A stretch of 58,404 bases of DNA from Octopus bimaculoides (Eukaryota): NCBI RefSeq assembly GCF_001194135.2, contig NC_068998.1, positions 8,311,002-8,369,405 of the forward strand, read 5' to 3'. This document shows positions 1-12,426 of the stretch, in pieces; position 1 is the stretch's first letter, and every line of letters begins with the position of its first letter. The notes beneath the pieces are model-generated. The model was not told where the DNA came from. It did not search any database and saw nothing but the letters and a program-made list of their open reading frames with translations. The position numbers and the translations under genes are program-made.

Positions 1-43
<43 letters not shown>

Positions 44-464
44 TATATACTTCAATGAGTAAATATTCCTTTAGTATCATATGCATAGCATATGAACCAA
101 CTCGACCGTGTTACAAAAACGTAAGGACGCATTGGATAATATAGACCTATATACATAATGTCTGATTGAAATAAAGGATGGAAACGCTTGGAACACGTTT
201 GATCATTGGTCTGTTCGGAAAATTCTGGCCTAAGTCTAAGCAGCACGGTTAAAATAAATATAGAAATATACATATATGAGTTGGTATTTCCGACATGTAG
301 GAGGTTTCCTACTGACATCGTTAAACAAATTTTCTCTATGAACATCAAATGTATAATTCTCAGAAGCCTTCGAGGGGCTGACGAGGAAAGGGTCTGATTC
401 TTTCTTCTGAGTAAAACATTAATAACATATACATACAGGCATACATACATACGTACATACATAC

Positions 465-514
<50 letters not shown>

Positions 515-850
515 AATACATAAATATACATGTGCGTATGTGCATGTGTATGTGTGTGAAGGATACTTAATTTATAAATTTACCTCGAAGTTTCATAATG
601 AATTATTTGATAATTCAGGTGTGATTTAGCCGAGGTGAATTTTGTTATTCATCCTTCTGGTTTATAATATAATATACCGTGTGATACTAATGTCGAATGG
701 GTATTTCTCCTCCTATCCACCTATAAAATCTGTTTAATGTGAATGGAATGGTATGAGACTGTATCACCTTTCCCTGCAAGAACATTACAAAAAACTCAAA
801 TCCGCGCGCATCCACATAAACACATATAATTAACATTGTATTATACATAG

Positions 851-890
<40 letters not shown>

Positions 891-1376
891 TCTCTCTATC
901 AATCTATCTATCGATTTTTTCTCACTATCTCTGCATATATATATATATATNNNNNNNNNNNNNNNNNNNNNNNNNNNNNNNNNNNNNNNNNNNNNNNNNN
1001 NNNNNNNNNNNNNNNNNNNNNNNNNNNNNNNNNNNNNNNNNNNNNNNNNNNNNNNNNNNNNNNNNNNNNNNNNNNNNNNNNNNNNNNNNNNNNNNNNNNN
1101 NNNNNNNNNNNNNNNNNNNNNNNNNNNNNNNNNNNNNNNNNNNNNNNNNNNNNNNNNNNNNNNNNNNNNNNNNNNNNNNNNNNNNNNNNNNNNNNNNNNN
1201 NNNNNNNNNNNNNNNNNNNNNNNNNNNNNNNNNNNNNNNNNNNNNNNNNNNNNNNNNNNNNNNNNNNNNNNNNNNNNNNNNNNNNNNNNNNNNNNNNNNN
1301 NNNNNNNNNNNNNNNNNNNNNNNNNNNNNNNNNNNNNNNNNNNNNNNNNNNNNNNNNNNNNNNNNNNNNNNNNNNN

Positions 1377-1407
<31 letters not shown>

Positions 1408-1409
<2 letters not shown>

Positions 1410-1560
1410 CACGTCTCTTCCAGTTTCCGTCTACGAAATTTACACACAAGTCACTGATCGGTTCGAGACTATAGTAGAAATCACCTTCCCAAGGCGCCAC
1501 GCAGTGGACTAAACCCTGCATCATGTGCTTGGGAAACAAACTTCTTACCGCAAACCCACG
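1408..1560 (-). mobile_element. SINE family A (tRNA head + CORE-like domain), diverged copy
   Basis: Aligns by eye to the intact copy at 47211-47381 (cagtttccgtctac...ccaaggcgccacgcagtgg). Confidence 0.85.
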
Positions 1561-2300
1561 TATAGTAAGATATATTTACAAATACAGATTTGTATGTGAA
1601 TATATGCTATATGTGCGTGCGTTTTGTGTGTATGTATGAGTGTGTGTATGTGCAAACGTATATGTTGTGTGATGTGTAGGCTTTAAGAATATCACATCAC
1701 AACAACGCAAATACTCATTCAACACATGCCAGAATATGACCTTCTGTACGCCTGACAAGTCCTGAAACATCATTATCTGAAGCTGAAGCGACACTCAGTA
1801 CAATTTGCATTTTATTTAAATGCCACTCTAGTACGTTTACCCAAAATTTAAATTAAGTTGTCGCAAATTCTTTATACAAAGCCACATCTGCCATGCACTT
1901 TATGCTAGTTTGCACAAATATCTATGCATTAGTGCCTTTCAATGTCACTAATAAAATACCATTTGACATATTTCATAGAAATATTGTTCAATAGCGTTCC
2001 TCTACATGTTGACCTTTCCAACTTAAGTTGTTATATAGAAGTTTTTATTAATTATATAACTTAATATTCTTAAAAGTTGCTATATTTTCTCAGGCATCTT
2101 GCCAAATATGGACCCGTTAATTATTGTCAAGTTCCAGGTGTTGTCGACGCCACACGAAGGAATCCAACCGATCGGTATATGAGAATTTTGTTCACCGTAA
2201 AAAAGTTTCAATGATTTCTATGAATGATCGGATGACTTTTCTTTCTCTATCTCTCTCTCTCCCTCTCTCTTCACACACACATATACACATACGCACACAT

Positions 2301-2367
<67 letters not shown>

Positions 2368-2504
2368 GTATATTATATTATATCATATATATATATAAAC
2401 ATATATATATATATATATATATACAATTATATTTACACACACACACACACACACAGAAACACACAAACACACACCTATATATATGATAGATCGCTAGCGA
2501 CTGC

Positions 2505-2673
2505 ATATTCATTATTTTCTCTCCTTGTTTCTTTCTGTGTTCCTTTGTGGAAGAGCGTAGGCTCGAAACATTAAAGACTTTCTCACTTCCCGAGCGTTAA
2601 ACTAATACATCGGTTTGTTGTCTACACCACCTGTCTTCGTCTTTTGTTTTTGTTTTTTTGTGAAAATCTCCCT
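2505..2673 (+). mobile_element. Penelope-like terminal-repeat remnant with a degenerate hammerhead-type motif
   Basis: GA-A-GAGC-gtag-GCTC-GAAAC at 2550-2569, the same architecture as the motif at 7552-7578, within a pyrimidine-rich repeat. The Penelope assignment is inferred from this motif. Confidence 0.5.
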
Positions 2674-2969
2674 GTATATATATATATATATACATTCATA
2701 CCTCGCAGTACGAGTTTAAATCATTTCATGACCTACCTCGTCTTACGATTTACTCGTTTTACAAACCATTTTTTTCATTTGAAATTAACTAAAATATAAT
2801 TAATCCGTTGCAGCCACTCAAACATAATTTTTATGAGCTTTAAAACAGAGAAAGGTGTAGTTACAAGTGAAATGACAATTATGAATATGAGAATGCAAAA
2901 TAAATATGTTAACTGGTTTTATTAACTGAAGTAACTTCAAAATGAGACGATTTGTGTGCTTGTACTGCC

Positions 2970-3014
2970 GACTTCCGTCAGTCGGACTTCCGCCAGTCGG
3001 ACTTCCACCAGTCG
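2970..3014. repeat. 3 x 15-bp tandem repeat (GACTTCCRYCAGTCG)
   Basis: gacttccgtcagtcg / gacttccgccagtcg / gacttccaccagtcg, contiguous. Confidence 0.95.
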
Positions 3015-3176
3015 ATTAGATCGACCCCATTACGCAACTGGTACTTAATTTATAGGCCTCGAAACTTGTAAAGCAACGTCGACCTCAGCTGAATATGAAC
3101 TCAGAACGTAAAGACAAACGAAATACCGCTAAGCATTTCACCCGGCGTACTAGCGTTTGTGCCAGTTCGCCGCCTT
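3011..3176 (-). mobile_element. SINE family B
   Basis: Reverse complement matches the copy at 57707-57945 (ggcgaactggcac...cgccgggtgaaatgcttagcggtatttcg...gttctgagttc). Confidence 0.9.
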
Positions 3177-4069
3177 ACGACTATACTGATATTGTTAAAT
3201 GAGATGATCAGTGCAAGAAACATTTTTAATTTATGCCTTCTCTAGCATGGGCCACACAGAAGCTGCAATATCTACGAGAAAAACAGCTCTTACGTCAAGG
3301 GAACAGAACAAGCCAAATATTAATTAAAAAAAGAAAAACACTCACACACATTTACTAGTTGTCGATGCAGATCAATACTAATTTCCTCGGTTTTAAAGTT
3401 TCCATTTATTAACTAATACTTGTACGATATAATTTTGGCTGTAATATGCCAATCATATAATTGAATAAATATTCAAGAGATAAATATACATTTACATTTA
3501 TTCACACATGCATACATACGTTTGTGCGTGAGATATACTGAATAAAATAAACACATATTCACACATGTAGAGAGTGCATACTAATACAGAGAAACTGACT
3601 CACAAATGTACTTCCATAGATTAAAAATAAGAGATATTAAAAAAATGAAACAAATTATTAAAAAGCTGAGAAAAAAATAATTGATACTAAGAATTTAATG
3701 GATGAATCTTCTACTTCAGGTTGTTTTTTTTTTCATTATTATTATTATTGGTTCGAATTTTTTTCGAAGTACTCATCAATGATTAAATTAAATAAGTATA
3801 TATTATATCAAGTGTATCAAATAACTAATATCTCTCGATTTCGTAACTTCTTTGATGTGTTAATTTATGGACAGCCAGAGATAGAGTGATAGAGATGGGT
3901 AGGAGGTGGGGTTGAAAAAGAAACGGGGGAAAAATATATACATCTTCATTCTATTTTTTGACGTATAGCTTTTCTGCACACATACCTACATTTATACAGT
4001 AATATATAACCATATATACATATACATATTACATTTATACAGTAATACATAGCTATATACATAGTCACG

Positions 4070-4108
<39 letters not shown>

Positions 4109-4174
4109 GCGCGCACACATACACACACACACACACANNNNNNNNNNNNNNNNNNNNNNNNNNNNNNNNNNNNN

Positions 4175-4209
<35 letters not shown>

Positions 4210-6371
4210 CACAATCTAGATATCTTATATGCATTCACTTACATATATATAATTATATATGTCTTTATATTAGGTGTGTTACTATCTATGTTTATAACAT
4301 TATCTGCTTATACCAATAAAATTATACAGACATATGTACATAAAACATATATATACATATATATATTATATACGTATATTTATATATGCATATATATTTG
4401 TGTATTATATACGTATACCCACATACATATGGCCTTGCATATATTAATATCTAAACACGTACAAGTGTATATGTGAATGTGCGTGGGGGGTGCGCTTGTG
4501 TGTGTGTGGGTGCGCTTCTGTGTGTGTGTCTGTGTGTGTATGTGTGTGTGTACTTATGTGTATACCTGAGTGTTTGTGGTTTGCAGAAAAAATTATGTTT
4601 TCAGCCATTTTGCAGTGTCGGACATTAATATCATCAAAGACAAATAAGAAAACAAAATTAAAATATCAGAATGCTTTTTCTAAACATGAAGAAAAAAATA
4701 AATGATAAAAACCTAAACTAAAATAAGAGGTTATTGGCTCCATCTAAATTTTACTGAAAAAAAAGTCAGAATTAAACTTAGTTTGCTTATTACCGTGTTT
4801 ATTACAGCATAACAAATATTATTCAGATAAATACACAAATCTACAGTCGAAACACAGCGAAGACTTCGTGTAGATGAATATTTATTAATCCTATACCTGA
4901 AAGCTATAGGTAAAATGTATTAGCTACATTTTAAAGATCGAAGGTGTCCATCAATATGATATAACTCCTATTGACATCAAATGCACAATATGGCGGAGTA
5001 GATGCGTTGTTTTAGTGTATGTGACCTTTTCCCAAATATATTAGTAGTTTAGGTGAAAAGAAATTACAACATATGCGAATCAAACGAATAGAACAAAGGC
5101 GTAGATACGTTACTATATTGATTTCGAATGTAGTAATATAGCCATACATATTTTTGTAGTGGATAATATGATCGATTCTCAGTAACGTATGTACTTGAAT
5201 TGGGGTTACATTGCCGACCCCAGGAAGCGAGAAAAGTGACGTGGAAATATGCTAGACTTGAAGTCAGAAAGTAATGTAAGATACAGGTATATATTTTTTT
5301 TCTTTTCCGTTGCTCTTCCTGTTCCACTCCACCAATCCGCATCCAGGAAAAGAAAGTCACAAAAAAAAAAAATTTGTAAGAAATTCATTGCCACGAAAGA
5401 AATGTTAGTCACGCGCATACACATACATACACAAGCACATATAAATACACGCGCCTCCACATATGCACACACAGACATACACATACACACCCCGGAATAC
5501 CCCCCCCCCATACACATATATATACATTGACATATATTTATGCATACTCATACGTATATATTTAGATCTACATGTATATACATACATAAGTATATAAATA
5601 TATTCGCATGACTATCGCTGCACTTTTATACTTCAATAAATAACTAGTCCTCACCTTCCCGAAAAGTAACTATTAATTACTTTATTATTTATATCTTACT
5701 ATTTATGTAAATGAAATTTGATATAGATTGTCTTTTTCATTTTAGGTCATTAAGTCAAAATTATTTAGTCTTTCACTGCGATTGTTTAGCTTACCAAAGT
5801 TGTTTTTGTACCTTCTTGATTGTGGAATATATCTTCCTTGGGAATTTTATTTCAATTTGTCACTCAAGTACCAACGCTAACATCTTGGTTTATGTATACT
5901 ATATTTGAGTTATGATGTAAATATGAAGAACGATTACAGGTCGAGGATTTATTTCATTCGTATTAAAGGTAATATGTCCACATGTCCCTCAAATATGGCT
6001 TCTTTGATTATGTCACATGCTTAATGGAAATTCAGTTTGGCTGCTTTGAATTTTAATTAATTTAGGATTACAATTCTCTGTAATTTAGCCTAGTCCATTC
6101 GGTGACAAACGAGCGAATGTATTTGTGGCATTACGACATCGTGGAAATAAAAGCCAAATGTGGTCTCACATCAGAGCATATGGTTTTAGAGCTCATAGGA
6201 GATACTGGATAATGAAGCCCTAGATATATGGGAAAGAATCGAGAGAAGATTCCGAGGCTCGTCATTTGTCATAAAATTTCCGTTTCATAGTCAAAGTGGG
6301 AATAAAAACAAATTACAACAACATCAACAATAATATACTTCATCTAGGTATTACGTACGTGCTGAAATATA

Positions 6372-6575
6372 TTGATTTCAAATTTTGGCACAAGGGCAAC
6401 TTCTTCGGATGAGGGATATATCGATTGTATTGATCCCAGTGTTGAACTGATAATTATTTTACCAACTCCGAAATGATGAAAGGCAAAGTCTACCGCGACA
6501 GAATTTGAACCCAGAACGTAGCGACAGGTGAAATACCGCTAAGCATTTTGCCCGGCATGCTAACGATTTTGCCGG
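6372..6575 (-). mobile_element. SINE family B, ccttgtgccaaaatttgaaa-type tail
   Basis: Body matches the other B copies; tail matches the copies at 45215-45848. Confidence 0.9.
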
Positions 6576-7130
6576 GTCTCTACTGAAATGATTGCTGTGT
6601 ATATCTGGCATAATAATCCTTGACGATTCACAACAACTAAATACATTATTATTCCCAAATGTAAATACTGAAAGAATTAGACAAACAAATAGTGTTATGT
6701 TCCAGACAAACACCTGTAAATAACGATAAAGAGAAAAAGAGGTGAAAAGACATACTAGGGCTGATTAGAAGGAAAATATATTTAGTGACTTCGTTAGGAA
6801 ATTAGTTTTCCCTGTCGATAAAAACCAAGAGTGGCTGTACTCTGATACAATCTTTATTATTTAGCAAGAACAACACACTTGAAACCAGACGTCGTAGATG
6901 ATTGTCTGGTAAGACTGCAGAAAGTCTTAACCAAATCTACAACAGACGACTATGTCTAGAAACCAATACCGTTAACAAATTAATTTTTCAACGCAGAGTC
7001 AACATATACACGAGATCGACATGTCAGCTTCAAGTCAGAAAAGCCGGAACATTTTCATAATGCAGCACGAACTGAATTCAATCAGGCAGTAAAATTTTAT
7101 GAAAAGACTATATTTCAATTCGTTGCTTAC

Positions 7131-7216
7131 TTTGCATTTATGTATTTCTCCATTATTGTTGTTGTTGTTGTTGTTAGTGATGTTGCTGTTGTCATTGTTG
7201 TTCCGCCCCAGCTTCA
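7131..7216 (-). CDS. Candidate internal exon encoding KLGRNNNDNSNITNNNNNNNNGEIHKCK (unverified)
   Basis: Minus-strand acceptor tttgctcgattacag| and donor |gtaagc; 86 nt; only the phase 1 to 0 frame is open. Could be a pseudo-exon over an (AAC)n repeat. Confidence 0.25.
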
Positions 7217-7489
7217 CTGTAATCGAGCAAATTTACGATGAAAAGCCTTGCGAATGAGAATATTTTTAATATTTGGATATCACACTGTATATAGTTCCAT
7301 GTAGTCCATGACATCTACTCGCAATTTCTGTTGTGATTTGAGGGATGGTGTTGGCTGTTGTAATCGTCTGATCGAAATTGAAGTGGTAAGCTCACAGAAT
7401 CGTTAGCACACTGGGGGAAATGGTTAGAGACATTTCGTCCGTGTTTGCGTTCTGAGTTTAAATATATATGTATAATATAACTACATGTG

Positions 7490-7670
7490 GATTGTTGCCG
7501 ACTTTTTCCACCGTCTTCCTTTTCTCTTGGACTTTTCTCTGTCTCCTGTTTCTGAAGAAGCGCTTTGCTCGAAACGTAAAACAACCTTTCTTTCCTTCTT
7601 GGTGTGGCTTTTGATACTTTCCTTATACCACATCCTCGCGATGTTGTTTTCTCCTTATGTTTCTTTTTCG
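7490..7670 (+). mobile_element. Penelope-like terminal-repeat remnant carrying a hammerhead motif
   Basis: Contains TGTTT-CTGAAGA-A-GCGCtttGCTC-GAAACGTA-AAACA. Minimal type I hammerheads are an established feature of Penelope-like element terminal repeats. Confidence 0.55.
7547..7583 (+). ncRNA. Minimal type I hammerhead ribozyme-like motif
   Basis: Core CUGAAGA (7552-7558) and GAAA (7571-7574); stem I TGTTT/AAACA; stem II GCGC/GCTC with one mismatch; palindromic ACGT stem III; GUA cleavage triplet; one extra A between A9 and stem II. Confidence 0.55.
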
Positions 7671-8314
7671 TTTTGGGGGGATTAATTATACACAAATATA
7701 TGCATACTTACATACGCATATATATACACAAACATACTTACATACCTATATACATATANNNNNNNNNNNNNNNNNNNNNNNNNNNNNNNNNNNNNNNNNN
7801 NNNNNNNNNNNNNNNNNNNNNNNNNNNNNNNNNNNNNNNNNNNNNNNNNNNNNNNNNNNNNNNNNNNNNNNNNNNNNNNNNNNNNNNNTACATACTCACA
7901 TACCTATATACATACATACACACACACACATAAACACACATACTTATGTGCATGTATTTATGTTTTCAAAAAAGTTTATGGCGAAATCAAATTTTAGGAC
8001 AATTATTAGCAAGTTGTTGCTAATAATAGATTTTTAAGCTAAATTCCTATTTTCGAAACGATTCTTTAATATCACATAGGAAGCGATATTAAAAGATATC
8101 AGAGTTATGAAATATCTCTGGAAAACATTGTGATATTTTGAACATGACAATCATTGTTGATGAAATTACTATTTCTTCAATTTTGATATTTTTAGAGTTA
8201 CTTTGTATAGGATACTAATAACGCTTCGAGCCACATCTCAAAATATGACCTCTGGTACCTTGTGAGTTGTGTTCGTAAATTTAGACTACAAAATAAAATT
8301 ATTATTATTATTAT

Positions 8315-8515
8315 GAAAGCGACCATCTGGCTGAATATTTAGCACGCCGGGCGAAATTACTTGTAGCATTTTGTCCGTCTTTACGTTCTGGTTGACTTTG
8401 CCTTCTATTGTTTCGGGGTCGATAAATTAAGTACCAGGGAAACGAAGGGGTCGATGTAATTGCCTAGTCCCCTCCCCCAAAGATTTCAGGCCTTGTGCCT
8501 ATAGTAGAAAGGATT
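8315..8515 (+). mobile_element. SINE family B, ccttgtgcctatagtagaaaggatt-type tail
   Basis: ttagcacgccgggcgaaat...ttcggggtcgataaattaagtaccag; the tail runs into (ATT)n/(AGT)n. Confidence 0.9.
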
Positions 8516-8529
8516 GTTATTATTATTAT

Positions 8530-8561
<32 letters not shown>

Positions 8562-8729
8562 AGAGCGGACAGCAGCCTGCTATCAGAGGTCTCACAGGGT
8601 CTCTTTCCAAACATTATAAGCTTCGATATTCGGTTGTTAATTATCATGGGAAACATTCAACATTCATGTACCAATTTAAAAAAACCCTAGCTGACCCCCG
8701 CAGAGCCGTTTATTATTATTATTATTATT

Positions 8730-8762
<33 letters not shown>

Positions 8763-8771
8763 ATTATTATT

Positions 8772-8992
8772 AAGCGGCGGTGTGCTGGTAAAATCGTTCG
8801 CACGCCGGGCAAAAGGCTCAGTAGGATTTCGTTCGTTCTTACGTTCTGGGCGCATATTCCGTCGAGGTCGACTTTTGCCTCTCATCCTTTTGAGGTCCAT
8901 GATATAAGAACCAGGGGAGTACTGAAGTCGATGAACTCTACTAGCCCCCTCCACTACATATTGCGGGACTTGTGCCTATATTAGAAAAGATT
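8772..8992 (+). mobile_element. SINE family B, same tail type as 8315-8515
   Basis: ggcggtgtgctggtaaaatcgttcgcacgccgggc...cttgtgcctatattagaaaagattatt. Confidence 0.88.
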
Positions 8993-9512
8993 ATTATTAT
9001 GAGTAGTAGTAGTAGTAATAGTAGTAGTAGTAGCAGCAGTTGTTATTATTGTTATTATTATCATCATACTGATCTACATGATTATCAACATCGTCGTCGT
9101 TGCTGTTCTCACCATCATCATAAACGACATCATGCTCATTCTTATGATTGTAAAACGCTATTATCTATAACATTAATACATAATACATATATAATACCAT
9201 TATGTAAAATACGGTATGGTCTATTGCAATTCCATTAACAAATATTTTTTTGTATTTCGCTCACTACACAATGTAGCAATAACCATCTCATATCTATAAC
9301 TTATCCACTTTGTTTATAGGAAGTCCACAGAATAAAGAAACAAGTTAAAACAGTAAAATTTTTATCTTCCTGATAAAACAAATCAAAATATTCGATATTT
9401 GTATATTATACATTCATAATTTCATAATAATATGATTCTCTACATGTTCTGTATCCATGAACATGCGCGAAAATAAAAGATATTATTTTGTACGTTAGTG
9501 TATGTGTATATG

Positions 9513-9581
<69 letters not shown>

Positions 9582-10607
9582 TTGTGTATTTATGTCTGTA
9601 CAACTATGCAGCTATGTTTGCGTTTATTGCCTATGTAAACTGTGCGATCAATATTTTNNNNNNNNNNNNNNNNNNNNNNNNNNNNNNNNNNNNNNNNNNN
9701 NNNNNNNNNNNNNNNNNNNNNNNNNNNNNNNNNNNNNNNNNNNNNNNNNNNNNNNNNNNNNNNNNNNNNNNNNNNNNNNNNNNNNNNNNNNNNNNNNNNN
9801 NNNNNNNNNNNNNNNNNNNNNNNNNNNNNNNNNNNNNNNNNNNNNNNNNNNNNNNNNNNNNNNNNNNNNNNNNNNNNNNNNNNNNNNNNNNNNNNNNNNN
9901 NNNNNNNNNNNNNNNNNNNNNNNNNNNNNNNNNNNNNNNNNNNNNNNNNNNNNNNNNNNNNNNNNNNNNNNNNNNNNNNNNNNNNNNNNNNNNNNNNNNN
10001 NNNNNNNNNNNNNNNNNNNNNNNNNNNNNNNNNNNNNNNNNNNNNNNNNNNNNNNNNNNNNNNNNNNNNNNNNNNNNNNNNNNNNNNNNNNNNNNNNNNN
10101 NNNNNNNNNNNNNNNNNNNNNNNNNNNNNNNNNNNNNNNNNNNNNNNNNNNNNNNNNNNNNNNNNNNNNNNNNNNNNNNNNNNNNNNNNNNNNNNNNNNN
10201 NNNNNNNNNNNNNNNNNNNNNNNNNNNNNNNNNNNNNNNNNNNNNNNNNNNNNNNNNNNNNNNNNNNNNNNNNNNNNNNNNNNNNNNNNNNNNNNNNNNN
10301 NNNNNNNNNNNNNNNNNNNNNNNNNNNNNNNNNNNNNNNNNNNNNNNNNNNNNNNNNNNNNNNNNNNNNNNNNNNNNNNNNNNNNNNNNNNNNNNNNNNN
10401 NNNNNNNNNNNNNNNNNNNNNNNNNNNNNNNNNNNNNNNNNNNNNNNNNNNNNNNNNNNNNNNNNNNNNNNNNNNNNNNNNNNNNNNNNNNNNNNNNNNN
10501 NNNNNNNNNNNNNNNNNNNNNNNNNNNNNNNNNNNNNNNNNNNNNNNNNNNNNNNNNNNNNNNNNNNNNNNNNNNNNNNNNNNNNNNNNNNNNNNNNNNN
10601 NNNNNNN

Positions 10608-10693
10608 CAGTAGAAAGGATATTATTATTATTATTATTACTATCATCAGTATCCCCTCCTTCCTCCTCCTCCTCCTCCTCCTCCTCCTCCTCC

Positions 10694-10742
<49 letters not shown>

Positions 10743-10745
10743 TAT
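10608..10745 (+). repeat. SINE-B tail end followed by a compound (ATT)(TCC)(TCA) microsatellite
   Basis: cagtagaaaggatattattatt immediately after the gap matches the tail ends at 8503-8515 and 8981-8992. Confidence 0.7.
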
Positions 10746-11245
10746 CCTCAGCGACGTCTGTAGCAACAAATTAGTTATCGTTTTGTAATATTTTTCGTTT
10801 TCCTTCTTCTTTTCTTTCTTTTTTTTTCTGCTTTGTGTTTCTATTGCGTTCTAGTAAAACCGATTTTTCAAAAGAATTCTTTGTGAAAGAAACATGCTTC
10901 GGTAATTGACTGATGATGAAAGAATTAGAAAATAACTTTTATATTCAAATAATACATAAAAAGATATTATTTTCTTATTTGTTGCGTATATATTTTCCCC
11001 TTTATTTTTCTTTCTCTCTTTTATAATACAAGACTTCTTTGTATAATTGGACTTCGGTTTATTTATCTAGTCGTTTTACGTATTTTTGTTTTTTTTTTTG
11101 TTTTTTCCATGTGTTTGTTTTGTGTATTTGAAGTAGTTGTATCTATATATATATTTAAGCACTTTTCTGTTTTATATACTGTCTCTTGCATTTCCATGTA
11201 TGAATGTCTTCGCGTATCTGTGTATGTCTACACATGAGCATCTTT

Positions 11246-11289
<44 letters not shown>

Positions 11290-11399
11290 TTGGCTATTTT
11301 CAACATGCAATGAATTGAAGATATTCTCAGAGTCTATAAACATGGTTTGGAAGAGTGTTCTTTAATTTAACAAAGAAAAACCTTTTATTAACGCCTACT

Positions 11400-11448
11400 A
11401 TTACTCCTAATGCCATCACCGCCACCGCTGCTACTGCTGCTACTGCTG

Positions 11449-11495
<47 letters not shown>

Positions 11496-11729
11496 GCTGC
11501 TGCTATGACGACGACAAACGTTGCTACTACTAATACTAAAGCTGGTACCTCTAATATTACTGATGACAACGACGGCTAATACTACTACTATTAATACAAA
11601 TACTACGAAAACTAATACTGATGCTGCAGATGGTGCTGCTGCTACTGCTGCTACTTCTGATACTTCATGGGATCTAGCTCCCGCTGCTGCTGTGGCTACT
11701 ACCACTATTACTACGACTACTACTACTAC

Positions 11730-11772
<43 letters not shown>

Positions 11773-11879
11773 AGTAAAACTTCTATCACTACTACTACCA
11801 CTACTACTACTACTACTAATATTACTACCACCGCTACTACTACTACTACTACTACTACTACAACTACTACTATTACGAA

Positions 11880-11923
<44 letters not shown>

Positions 11924-11927
11924 TTAA

Positions 11928-11960
<33 letters not shown>

Positions 11961-12030
11961 GAATACTACTAATGCTACTACTACTACTCGTACTGCAACT
12001 ACCGTTGCTGCTGCTGCTGCCGCCACTTCT
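11400..12030. repeat. Long degenerate (ACT/GCT/AAT)n trinucleotide tract
   Basis: About 630 bp of imperfect act/gct/aat/acc triplets. It generates the Thr-rich (+) and Val/Ser-rich (-) ORFs in the track. Confidence 0.9.
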
Positions 12031-12197
12031 TGACTTGTTATATTCTTTTTCTTTTCGCCGTCGTTATTATTATTATTATTATTATAATTGTTTGCATTGT
12101 ATTTGTTGCTGTTGTTCCTTCTATTCCTGGTATTTTTGTCATTGTCGTTAAACATGCTTTCGCATACAATTTATTCAATTTATTCACTATATATATA

Positions 12198-12273
<76 letters not shown>

Positions 12274-12426
12274 TTTTTTCTTTCTGTTGTAAATAACAAA
12301 ATATTAAATAAGAGACAATGCAAATGGATGAAAGAAATGAAGAAAAAAAAAATTAATGAAATTATTACAAAGAATACTAACAATGTCTTGATTGAAGTTT
12401 CTTTCCTGAACAAAAAAAAATAGCTG

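Noticed and set aside
5237-5395. TGACGTGG, CCAAT and ATTGCCACG cluster resembling UPR promoter elements
   Set aside because: Spacing does not fit ERSE (CCAAT-N9-CCACG) or ERSE-II; a single 8-mer is unremarkable in 58 kb; no linked gene start.
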